From Bacteroidaceae bacterium (GTDB lineage: Bacteria; Pseudomonadota; Alphaproteobacteria; RF32; CAG-239): a stretch of DNA of 64,000 nt. The translations under genes were made by a program, and so were the position numbers. The notes under the pieces were generated by a model. It saw only the letters and a program-made list of their open reading frames with translations. It was not told the origin of the DNA and searched no databases. Positions 29,042 through 37,472 of this stretch are shown in pieces (positions within the stretch are counted from its first letter, which is position 1; each line of letters begins with the position of its first letter). The stretch is taken from assembly GCA_963659495.1 (NCBI GenBank), contig CAVKTH010000002.1:10712-74711 (forward strand). Reading direction: 5' to 3'.

Positions 29042-29484
29042 AATTTTTATTAACCACCGCACTTTCAACAGTTATCGCCTTTTCGGCTTATTCCAACGCT
29101 TTTGCCGAAGCAGCGGCGAATCCGGCAGAACCGGCGCAGCAGGCAGAAAAAATGCCAAAACCGCATAAAGAAATGCGCAAACTTCCGAAACCGGAAAAAA
29201 TGGATAAATTTTTAGACTTGACCGACGAACAAAAAGCCAAAGAAATCCGCGAGCAAAGCCGCAAGGAAATTGAACCGCTGATGAATGAGATGAAAACCAT
29301 CCGCGAAAAAATGGATAAAATCCGCGAAGCCGACATGAAAAAGTTTGAAGCGATTTTGACGCCGGAGCAAAAAGCTAAATTGGAAGCCCGCAAGCAGCAT
29401 CATGAAAAAGAGTTTAAAGGCGGCAAAGACCGCAGATTCCCGCCGCGTGATTTCAAGGACTTTCCCAAACACGATAAAGACTAA
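29035..29484 (+). CDS. Spy/CpxP-family (LTXXQ motif) periplasmic protein
   Basis: Signal peptide MNKFLLTTALSTVIAFSAYSNAFA. Two LTXXQ motifs (LTDEQKAK, LTPEQKAK). The protein is helical and charged. Confidence 0.5.
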   Translation: MNKFLLTTALSTVIAFSAYSNAFAEAAANPAEPAQQAEKMPKPHKEMRKLPKPEKMDKFLDLTDEQKAKEIREQSRKEIEPLMNEMKTIREKMDKIREADMKKFEAILTPEQKAKLEARKQHHEKEFKGGKDRRFPPRDFKDFPKHDKD

Positions 29485-29490
29485 ATAAAC

Positions 29491-29526
29491 TTACCGCCGG
29501 ATTTTGATTTATCCGGCGGTTTTCTT
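29491..29526. terminator. Bidirectional intrinsic terminator
   Basis: Stem accgccgga / tccggcggt, with T/A runs on both sides. Confidence 0.5.
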
Positions 29527-29531
29527 TTCTC

Positions 29532-30470
29532 TTACTTTTTTTCCTTTTTATTTTTGCGGGATTTCGGCGATTTTGCTTTTTTAGCCGATTTTTTGACTCT
29601 GGAGCTATCGTTTCCGGCTGCCGGCATGACCGCATCATTTTTTTGCGAATCCATAGCTGTATTTTCATCTGACGGACTCGGATTTTCGGACTCCAAAATT
29701 TCGTGCATAGCCCTAAACAGCATCATGAAGACGGCAATATAGATCAAAGTAAGGCTGTTATAAATAAAGTCCGCTGCAAGCGAAGTTACAAAATTGAAGC
29801 TGCTCAGCATCAAAATTTTTAACAGCACATTGGCGTACAGCGACACAAAATTTATGATAACAAAAATTATTACATACGAAAAAATTATATGAATACTGCG
29901 GTCAGACGTTTTTTGCCATATCTGCTTAAACGGAGGAAATTCTCCGCCGGAAGCATAGCTGATTGCCGGAGAAAGACGCAAAAGAATAAACGGCACCCAG
30001 CAGCAAATAAACGCCATTACAAAATATATAAATTCAATCCGCCAATCCGGATTAGCTTTTTTGAGCATAATCGCAAAAACTGCCGCCACAGAACCCAGCA
30101 GCAAAAAGACAACACCCATTAAAAATCCGAGAATCTGCAAGCGGCGGCGGCTGAATAAAAATATATTTTTCGGCTTAAAATTCTGTCCGTTAAAAGCTGA
30201 ACCGTAAAAATCAATAAAAAACAAACAACAGAGCAGAAAAAACAAAAATTTATCGGCGGCAAACAAATACAGCGGAAAAGTACCTTTATCATTTTCCAAA
30301 TAGCACCACCAGCCGCCTTCGCGCCCCAGCTGGCAAGATGGCAGCAAGCCCATGGCCGCTGACAGAACCGTAAGCATTAAAGCATACCAACCTATGACTT
30401 TATAGTTTTCTGATATTTTTTTCAGCAAGCTTCCCGTATTCAGGATAATTTTTAGGAATGTCAGTTTCAT
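29532..30470 (-). CDS. Hypothetical polytopic membrane protein with a Lys-rich C-terminus
   Basis: 312 aa with multiple TM helices, ending KKSAKKAKSPKSRKNKKEKK. It is translationally coupled to the dnaE stop. Confidence 0.4.
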   Translation of the reverse strand: MKLTFLKIILNTGSLLKKISENYKVIGWYALMLTVLSAAMGLLPSCQLGREGGWWCYLENDKGTFPLYLFAADKFLFFLLCCLFFIDFYGSAFNGQNFKPKNIFLFSRRRLQILGFLMGVVFLLLGSVAAVFAIMLKKANPDWRIEFIYFVMAFICCWVPFILLRLSPAISYASGGEFPPFKQIWQKTSDRSIHIIFSYVIIFVIINFVSLYANVLLKILMLSSFNFVTSLAADFIYNSLTLIYIAVFMMLFRAMHEILESENPSPSDENTAMDSQKNDAVMPAAGNDSSRVKKSAKKAKSPKSRKNKKEKK

Positions 30471-30471
30471 T

Positions 30472-33400
30472 TTAGATTTCCTTTACTAAAGTAACTCCGG
30501 CAATCGCCCGTATGGAAGAAAGCAAATTTCCATCGGCCAAAGCATAGCCGTTTTTAAGTTCTATACGAATATCCCAGTCGTCGTTTTCCGGTTTAATATA
30601 AACTTTATTTGTGCCGTAGCGCTCGTGCGACAAAGCCTCGCGAATCGGGCGCACAGCTTCAACATTGTTCACAACAATAATCAAACCCTTTGAATTTTCA
30701 GTAATTTCTTCATCCAAGGTTTTAATAACATTAAACAGCATGCGCGGCGGCATATCGTCGGCCTGTTTTTCTATTTTTACTTTTGCATAAAGCGGCAAAC
30801 CGCTGTTTATAGCATGTTCAAATTTAGTTATTCCGTCCGAAAATAACAAGCCCTCGTAGGCCGATGTCGTATCTGAAAGCTTTACAAAAGCAAAAGGCTT
30901 GCCGCTCTTGCTGATTTTTCGCTGAAAACTCTGCAGGCAGCCGGCAAGGTTGGCGTAAATCGTATCGCCTGTCTTTATGCCTTTTACCGCATCGGCATAG
31001 GTAGTGACGCCCAAACGCTCCATGCTTTCTTTATAAACATCCAGCGGGTGCGCCGATAAATAAAATCCTATAGCTTCCGCCTCCAGCTGCAGGCGTTCCA
31101 AAGCCGGCCAATCCGGTTTATCCTGCAATTTTACTTTAGCGTTCAGTTCTTCGCTGCCAAACAAAGAAGTCTGGCTGCTGGTTTTAAGTTCGGCAGCCGC
31201 CGCCATATGGCGCATGATGTTTTCAATATTGGCAAAAAGCTTGCCGCGGTTCGTATCTAAACAATCAAACGCACCGGCTTTTATCAGCTGTTCCAGCTGC
31301 TTGCGGTTTATCTGCTTAACATCTACACGATGGATAAAATCTGATAAGTCTTTGAATTTTCCATTCTTCTCGCGTTCTTCAACAATGGCGTTCATATTGG
31401 CTTCGCCCACGCCTTTTAATCCGGCCAAAGCAAAGCGGATATTGTTTCCCTCCACCTTAAACAAAGCGTTAGACATATTGATATCCGGCGTTAAAACCTT
31501 GTAGCCCATTTTTTTGAACTCTTCGGTATAGAACAGCACTTTTTCGGTATTGGTAATATCAAAGTCCATAATGGCACACATAAATTCCACCGGATAGTGG
31601 GCTTTTAAATACGCTGTCTGGTAAGAAATCAGCGAATAAGCAGCCGCATGCGATTTGTTAAAACCATAGGAGGCAAACTTTTCCATTTGGTCAAAAATCG
31701 TCTTGGCAACTTCGCCGTCTATGCCTTTTTTGATGGCGCCGTCGGTAAACATCTGGCGCTGATGCGGAATTTCATCGCGCATTTTTTTACCCATAACCTT
31801 ACGCAATTTATCCGCGCCGCCCAGAGTATAGCCGCCCAAAACCTGAGCGATTTTCATCACTTGCTCTTGGTACACCATAATTCCGTAGGTTTCGCCCAAA
31901 ATCGGCTCCAAGTCCGGATGCAGATATTTAATCTCTTCGCGTCCGTGCTTGCGGTTGATATAAGTCGGAATATTATCCATCGGTCCCGGGCGGTAAAGAG
32001 AAATAACGGCGATTAAATCTTCAAAACGGTCGGGCTTGATTTGCTTCATCACATCGCGCATGCCTGAGGATTCAAATTGGAAAATAGCGCTGGTATTGCC
32101 CTCTTGCATAAGCTCATAGGTCGGCTTGTCATCCAGCGGAACCGCCGCCATATCCAGCTCTATGCCGTGGGTTTTCTTTACCCAGTCCACAGCGCGTTTA
32201 ATAACCGTCAGAGTCTTTAAGCCCAAAAAGTCAAACTTGATTAAGCCGGTTTCTTCCACAAACTTCATATCATATTGAGTTACCGGCATTTCAGCGCGCG
32301 GGTCCTTATAAAGCGGCACCAGCTGGTCAAGCGGTCTGTCGCCGATAACCACGCCGGCGGCGTGCATGCCGGAGTTGCGGTATAGCCCCTCAAGTTTCAT
32401 GGCTATATCAAACAGCTTGTTGATTTGCGGGTCTTTTACCCGCATTTCTTCAAGCTCCGGAACTTGGTCTAAAGCTTCCTGCAAAGTCGGGTTTTTACCG
32501 CCCTGCCCCGGCGGAATCATTTTGGAAATTCTATCCGCTTGGCTATACGGCATTTGCAGCACGCGCGCCACATCGCGAATCACGGCTTTTGACTGCAGTT
32601 TACCATAAGTAATAATCTGCGCCACATGGTCGTAGCCATATTTTTTCTGCACATATTCAATAGTTTTATGGCGGTTTTCCTGACACAAGTCCACGTCAAA
32701 ATCCGGCATGTTAACACGTTCCGGATTCAAAAATCTTTCAAACAGCAAATCTAAGCGAATCGGATCCAAGTCAGTAATTTTCAGCGCCCACGCCACAATG
32801 GAACCGGCACCGGAACCACGCCCCGGACCAATCGGCACGCCGTGGGTCTTAGACCAGCGGATGAAGTCCGACACGATAAGGAAATAGCCCGGAAAACCCA
32901 TTTTTTTGATAACGCTTAATTCATAATCTAAGCGCTCATAATAATGACGGTCTATTTCGGCGCGCTCTTCCGCACTCATTCCGTCATGATAAACTTGGAT
33001 TTTCATACGCTCGTTTAAGCCTTTGTAGGCTTCTTCGGTAATGAATTCATCCTGAGTTTTGCCCTCTGGGCAAATAAATATCGGCAGCAGAGGCTCCATT
33101 TTATAGGAAAGATAATTGCAGCGTTTGGCAATATTTACCGTATTTTCAACCGCTTCCGGTATATCTTTAAACAATTCCACCATTTCGGCTTCAGTCCGCC
33201 AATGGTTGCCCGGCAGATATTTGCGGCGGTTTTCGTTAGCCACATACTCTCCGGCGGCAATACAGCAAAGCGCGTCGTGTGCCTCATACATGCTTTCATC
33301 AAAAAAGAAAACATCGTTTGTCGCCACCAGTGGAATATTATGTTTATAGGCAAGCTCCAAGAATACCGGCTCGGTCTTCTTTTCTTCCTCATAGCCGACA

Positions 33401-33945
33401 CGGGAAATTTCCATATATAGCCTATCGCCGAAAATCTCTTTATATTCAAGCAGTTTTTTCTCGGCTTCATCCTTGCGATTTTGCAAAATCAACCGCCCGA
33501 TTGGCCCCTCATAGCCGCCGGTAAAGCAAATCAGTCCGTCGCTGAAGTCCCGCAGATTCTGCATAGTGAGCTGCGGCGTGTCGCTGTGTTCCATATTATC
33601 CAGATAATAGCGGCGGAACATTTTCATGATAGATTTATAGCCGGTTTCATCTTTTACCAGCAATATAATTCTATCCGGTGGCAGCTCCTTGCCTTTAGAG
33701 AGCGCCAAGTTTTCCGAATCCTCATTATGCACACAGAGTTCAGAGCCGAGAATCGGCTTAATTCCCTCATCTGAGGCATATTTTGAGAAGCATTTGCCGC
33801 CAAACAAATTGCCTCGGTCGGTAATAGCGCAGCAAGGAATCCCTAAATCATGCATTTTATGCACCAGCTTTGGCACCAGCATGGCGCCAAGCGACAATGA
33901 ATAGGCGGTATGAACGCGCAAATGTATAAATTTAGGGTCAGTCAT
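30472..33945 (-). CDS. dnaE: DNA polymerase III alpha subunit
   Basis: 1157 aa with the N-terminal PHP domain (HLRVHTAYSL), the polymerase core and an OB-fold. Confidence 0.95.
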   Translation of the reverse strand: MTDPKFIHLRVHTAYSLSLGAMLVPKLVHKMHDLGIPCCAITDRGNLFGGKCFSKYASDEGIKPILGSELCVHNEDSENLALSKGKELPPDRIILLVKDETGYKSIMKMFRRYYLDNMEHSDTPQLTMQNLRDFSDGLICFTGGYEGPIGRLILQNRKDEAEKKLLEYKEIFGDRLYMEISRVGYEEEKKTEPVFLELAYKHNIPLVATNDVFFFDESMYEAHDALCCIAAGEYVANENRRKYLPGNHWRTEAEMVELFKDIPEAVENTVNIAKRCNYLSYKMEPLLPIFICPEGKTQDEFITEEAYKGLNERMKIQVYHDGMSAEERAEIDRHYYERLDYELSVIKKMGFPGYFLIVSDFIRWSKTHGVPIGPGRGSGAGSIVAWALKITDLDPIRLDLLFERFLNPERVNMPDFDVDLCQENRHKTIEYVQKKYGYDHVAQIITYGKLQSKAVIRDVARVLQMPYSQADRISKMIPPGQGGKNPTLQEALDQVPELEEMRVKDPQINKLFDIAMKLEGLYRNSGMHAAGVVIGDRPLDQLVPLYKDPRAEMPVTQYDMKFVEETGLIKFDFLGLKTLTVIKRAVDWVKKTHGIELDMAAVPLDDKPTYELMQEGNTSAIFQFESSGMRDVMKQIKPDRFEDLIAVISLYRPGPMDNIPTYINRKHGREEIKYLHPDLEPILGETYGIMVYQEQVMKIAQVLGGYTLGGADKLRKVMGKKMRDEIPHQRQMFTDGAIKKGIDGEVAKTIFDQMEKFASYGFNKSHAAAYSLISYQTAYLKAHYPVEFMCAIMDFDITNTEKVLFYTEEFKKMGYKVLTPDINMSNALFKVEGNNIRFALAGLKGVGEANMNAIVEEREKNGKFKDLSDFIHRVDVKQINRKQLEQLIKAGAFDCLDTNRGKLFANIENIMRHMAAAAELKTSSQTSLFGSEELNAKVKLQDKPDWPALERLQLEAEAIGFYLSAHPLDVYKESMERLGVTTYADAVKGIKTGDTIYANLAGCLQSFQRKISKSGKPFAFVKLSDTTSAYEGLLFSDGITKFEHAINSGLPLYAKVKIEKQADDMPPRMLFNVIKTLDEEITENSKGLIIVVNNVEAVRPIREALSHERYGTNKVYIKPENDDWDIRIELKNGYALADGNLLSSIRAIAGVTLVKEI

Positions 33946-33988
33946 TCGGCAATAAAGGCGCCCGAAAAAGGCGCCCCTCGGTTATAAA

Positions 33989-34231
33989 TTATTTATCGGA
34001 ACTGGCTTTTTGATAGCAGCGGCAATGACAAATACCGTCGCGCTCAATATCGCTGCGGCAAAGTTCGGAAATGCAATATCTTTTTTCATTATTGCCGTCG
34101 CAAGGGCAGCGCTGCCACTCGCCGTCGCCGAACATCATATTTTTTGCCTTAGCGATTTTTTCAATATTCTGAGTCGGATAGTATCCGGCTTTTTTGCAGT
34201 TTTCTAACATTTTTTCTAAAATTGTAGCCAT
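33989..34231 (-). CDS. Small Cys-rich protein, ferredoxin-thioredoxin reductase catalytic-subunit-like (CPC...CxxxxC...CHC)
   Basis: 80 aa: WQRCPCDGNNEKRYCISELCRSDIERDGICHCRCY. The Cys spacing resembles the [4Fe-4S]/disulfide motifs of the ferredoxin-thioredoxin reductase catalytic subunit. Confidence 0.4.
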   Translation of the reverse strand: MATILEKMLENCKKAGYYPTQNIEKIAKAKNMMFGDGEWQRCPCDGNNEKRYCISELCRSDIERDGICHCRCYQKASSDK

Positions 34232-34243
34232 TTTAATTTTCTC

Positions 34244-35155
34244 CTATCTTTGTTCTAAAATATCTAAAAGCGAGCTTAATTCTGCCGGTGTGTTATAGTG
34301 CAATGTTATACTACCTTTACCTTTTTTTCCAGCATTTATTTTGACTTTTAGCTTTAATTTTTCTTCTAGGTCCGCCATGATTTTTTCTAAATCTCTGTCT
34401 ACAGGCTTAGGCTGTTTCGGCATAATATTTTTAACATTTATACCTTTGGCGCCGGCAGCCAAAGCTTCGGCTTCACGCACGCTCAAACCCTCTTTAACAA
34501 TTTTATCTGCAAGTTCAGAGGCATTTTCACAGCCAATTAAAGCGCGGGCATGTCCGGCGGTCAGCTTATTTTCTTTTACCAGCTGTTTAATTTCTTCCGA
34601 CAGACTCAGCAAACGCAAGGTGTTGGCAATATAGCTGCGGGACTTGCCGATAACTTTGCCGATAACTTCTTGAGTGTAGGCATATTCGTTCATCAGGCGG
34701 TTTAAGCCCTCGGCTTCTTCAATAGCCGACAGATTTTCACGCTGCAGATTTTCAATTAAAGCGATTTCCAGAGTTTCGCTGTCGTTTAAGTCTTTAACAA
34801 TTACCGGAACTTCATCCAAACCGGCAAGCTGAGCTGCGCGCCAGCGGCGCTCCCCGGCAATAATTTCATATTTATCGTTCTTTTTGCGCACCAAAAGCGG
34901 CTGCAGCACGCCTTTTTCTTTTATGGACTGAGCTAAAGACTCCAGAGCTTCACGGTCAAACTCCGTACGCGGCTGAAACGAGCAAGGAACAATATCCGAT
35001 ATTTTAACTTCATTTTTTTCAGTTTTAAATACAGCGTTCTCAACCAAACTACTGACATCTGCCGTTTCATCATCCAGATTCAGATTTATATCTTCATCGC
35101 CAAGCAGCGCTTCCAGACCGCGCCCCAAACCGAATTTTTTATTATTTGCGTTCAT
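34244..35155 (-). CDS. parB: Chromosome partitioning protein ParB
   Basis: ParB box (GERRWRAAQLAG) and HTH domain. Confidence 0.9.
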   Translation of the reverse strand: MNANNKKFGLGRGLEALLGDEDINLNLDDETADVSSLVENAVFKTEKNEVKISDIVPCSFQPRTEFDREALESLAQSIKEKGVLQPLLVRKKNDKYEIIAGERRWRAAQLAGLDEVPVIVKDLNDSETLEIALIENLQRENLSAIEEAEGLNRLMNEYAYTQEVIGKVIGKSRSYIANTLRLLSLSEEIKQLVKENKLTAGHARALIGCENASELADKIVKEGLSVREAEALAAGAKGINVKNIMPKQPKPVDRDLEKIMADLEEKLKLKVKINAGKKGKGSITLHYNTPAELSSLLDILEQR

Positions 35156-35923
35156 TTATAACTCCTTTTCTCTTTTCAAAACTTCTTTGGCCAACTGAAT
35201 ATAGGCCTGCGCTCCGGCGCTTTTAAAATCATAAATCAAAATCGGCTTGCCGTGCGACGGAGCCTCGGCAATGCGCACGCTGCGCGGAATAACCGTCCGA
35301 TAAACTTTGTCGCCGAAATATTTGCGTACATCAGCTTCAATCATCTGGCTGAGGTTATTTTGCCTGCTGTACATTGTGAGAATAATGCCCTGCAAAGTCA
35401 AAGCCGGATTAAAATTGCGTTTAATCGCGTTAATATTTTTCATTAAATCAGCCAAGCCCTCCAGAGCCAAAAACTCGCATTGCAGCGGCACCATAACCGA
35501 ATTGGAGCTAACCAGCGCGTTAATAGTGATTAAGTTTAAGGACGGCGGGCAGTCAATCAGCACATAATCATATACGGCTTCTAAGCTGCTTAAGGCTTTT
35601 TTCAGCACAAACTCGCGTTTTTCTACCTCCACAAGTTCAATTTCCGCCGCAGCCAAATCCGGCGATGACGGAATCATATCAAACCGTGGCAAATCCGTAT
35701 GCAAAACCGCTTCTTTAACATCGCACTTGCCGATTAAAACATCATATGAAGAATAGTTTTCTTTTTGCTTGGCGATTCCCATAGAGGTTGTAGCATTGCC
35801 CTGCGGGTCAAAGTCTATAACCAGCACGCGCCGGCCGATAGCTGACAAAGCCGTGGCAATATTGATTGTAGTGGTGGTTTTTCCGACTCCGCCTTTACGG
35901 TTTGCAACAGAAATTATTTTCAT
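35156..35923 (-). CDS. parA: Chromosome partitioning ATPase ParA
   Basis: Deviant Walker A KGGVGKTT. The Met at MKIISVANRKGG is the likely start. Confidence 0.9.
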   Translation of the reverse strand: MKIISVANRKGGVGKTTTTINIATALSAIGRRVLVIDFDPQGNATTSMGIAKQKENYSSYDVLIGKCDVKEAVLHTDLPRFDMIPSSPDLAAAEIELVEVEKREFVLKKALSSLEAVYDYVLIDCPPSLNLITINALVSSNSVMVPLQCEFLALEGLADLMKNINAIKRNFNPALTLQGIILTMYSRQNNLSQMIEADVRKYFGDKVYRTVIPRSVRIAEAPSHGKPILIYDFKSAGAQAYIQLAKEVLKREKEL

Positions 35924-36567
35924 TTTTTCTTTACCTCCGTCAAACAAAATACATAGCCCTCTTTGCCTTTTTCTACTTCAAACGGACGGGCGTAAAAATT
36001 TTCAAATATATCTACAGACATCTGCCAATTTTTTTCAGCTTCTTCCAATTCAGCGAATCCGGTATGACCTTTAGGCAAAACATATTCCGTATTTTTAGAA
36101 TACAGTCCGGCTGTACATTTCAGGATTTTATCAACCGAAGCCACAGCGCGGGCGGTTATATAATCTACATTTTTAAATACAACGTTTTCAGCACGATTAT
36201 TTATAACTTCAGTATTCTGCAAATTTAATCGTTTGCAGACATCTTTTAAATACAGCGTTTTTTTAGTTATACTTTCTATAAGCACAATTTTCAGAGCCGG
36301 AAATTTTTCTTGGCAGGCAATAGCCAACACGATTCCCGGAAAGCCGGAACCGCTTCCGATATCTACAAGCAATTTTGCGTCATCGCGGATATAATCTATC
36401 AGCTGCAAAGAATCCAGCAAATGACGCGTTTCCAGTTCTTTTTCGGCATTTTTACTGACTAAGTTAATTTTTTGATTCCACTCTAAAAGAATTTGCAAAA
36501 AATCTTTCATTTTTTGCAATGTTTCACGTGAAACACCATAACTCAAAACTTCTTCATCAAAATTCAT
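35920..36567 (-). CDS. rsmG: 16S rRNA m7G527 methyltransferase
   Basis: GidB fold with SAM-binding motif DIGSGSGFPGIVLAI. Confidence 0.85.
   Translation of the reverse strand: MNFDEEVLSYGVSRETLQKMKDFLQILLEWNQKINLVSKNAEKELETRHLLDSLQLIDYIRDDAKLLVDIGSGSGFPGIVLAIACQEKFPALKIVLIESITKKTLYLKDVCKRLNLQNTEVINNRAENVVFKNVDYITARAVASVDKILKCTAGLYSKNTEYVLPKGHTGFAELEEAEKNWQMSVDIFENFYARPFEVEKGKEGYVFCLTEVKKK
36520..36535. other. Perfect 16-bp palindrome TGTTTCACGTGAAACA, copy 1 (inside rsmG, encoding VSRET)
   Basis: Exact sequence and its own reverse complement. Identical copies occur at 37766-37781 (mnmG) and 40598-40613 (mnmE). Confidence 0.7.
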
Positions 36568-36632
36568 TTTTACCTCTGGTTATAAAGTATGCGCCATTTA
36601 AATTTTATGCAACAAAATATAATTGTTATTCA

Positions 36633-37472
36633 CTAAAACTTAATTCTCTGCTGAATATTATGCTTTGCCAAAGCAGCTTCAGCCAAATCAAATCTATCGC
36701 CAAGCTCTGCAGCCGCATGTGCGTCATCGCTGATTACAAACGGAATACTGCGCTTAGCCGCCTCTGTTAAAATCTCTTCACTCGGATAAAAATCGTTAAT
36801 TTTACGCAAGCCTTTGGTGCTGATTTCCATTCCCATATTCTGACATTGCAAAGTATCTAAAATTTTTAGTTTTTGCGGCATAAATTTTTCGGCAGAGCAT
36901 ATATCTCCTAAACGGCGCGCATAGTCTAAATGCGCTAAAAATTTAAATACACCGCTTTTCACAGCTTTTTCTATAGTTTCAAAGTGCCGCTGCAGCAATT
37001 CATTTTGCAAAGCCTCATCCTTAAAGAAAACCGGCATATCATATAAATCAATTAAAGATTCGCAATTTTCATCAAACAGCATGTGATTGCCGGTAATGAT
37101 ATAGTCATAATCAAGCTGCTTCAAAAAATCCTGCAGCTCGGCAAACCAACCGTTATATGTAAAGAAATCCACCTCAAAACCGACATATAATTTTAAGCCG
37201 CTTTGTGCAGAAACTTTACGGATATGTTCGCAATGCTTTTGAAAATCCGGTAAGATTTCTTTGAAATCTCTTTTAAATATATGGCTGTTGCCGCGCTGCT
37301 CCCAAAGCGGCCAAGATTTGCTTTGCCGTATATTTTTATGCACGCACAAATGGTCGCTTATACCCAGTTCACAAAAACCAAGTTTTTTAGCCTGCGCGAC
37401 CATTTCTTCAAGCGTATTATTTCCATCAGAAAAATTTGTGTGCGAATGATATGAAAAATTCTGAACTATCAT
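36633..37472 (-). CDS. PHP-domain metal-dependent phosphoesterase (HisJ-like histidinol-phosphatase family)
   Basis: The N-terminal YHSHTNFSDG...GISDH matches the PHP His motifs. Confidence 0.55.
   Translation of the reverse strand: MIVQNFSYHSHTNFSDGNNTLEEMVAQAKKLGFCELGISDHLCVHKNIRQSKSWPLWEQRGNSHIFKRDFKEILPDFQKHCEHIRKVSAQSGLKLYVGFEVDFFTYNGWFAELQDFLKQLDYDYIITGNHMLFDENCESLIDLYDMPVFFKDEALQNELLQRHFETIEKAVKSGVFKFLAHLDYARRLGDICSAEKFMPQKLKILDTLQCQNMGMEISTKGLRKINDFYPSEEILTEAAKRSIPFVISDDAHAAAELGDRFDLAEAALAKHNIQQRIKF

Noticed and set aside
31214-33904. Multiple small ORFs inside dnaE on the opposite strand
   Set aside because: Embedded in a highly conserved 1157-aa gene. Spurious.
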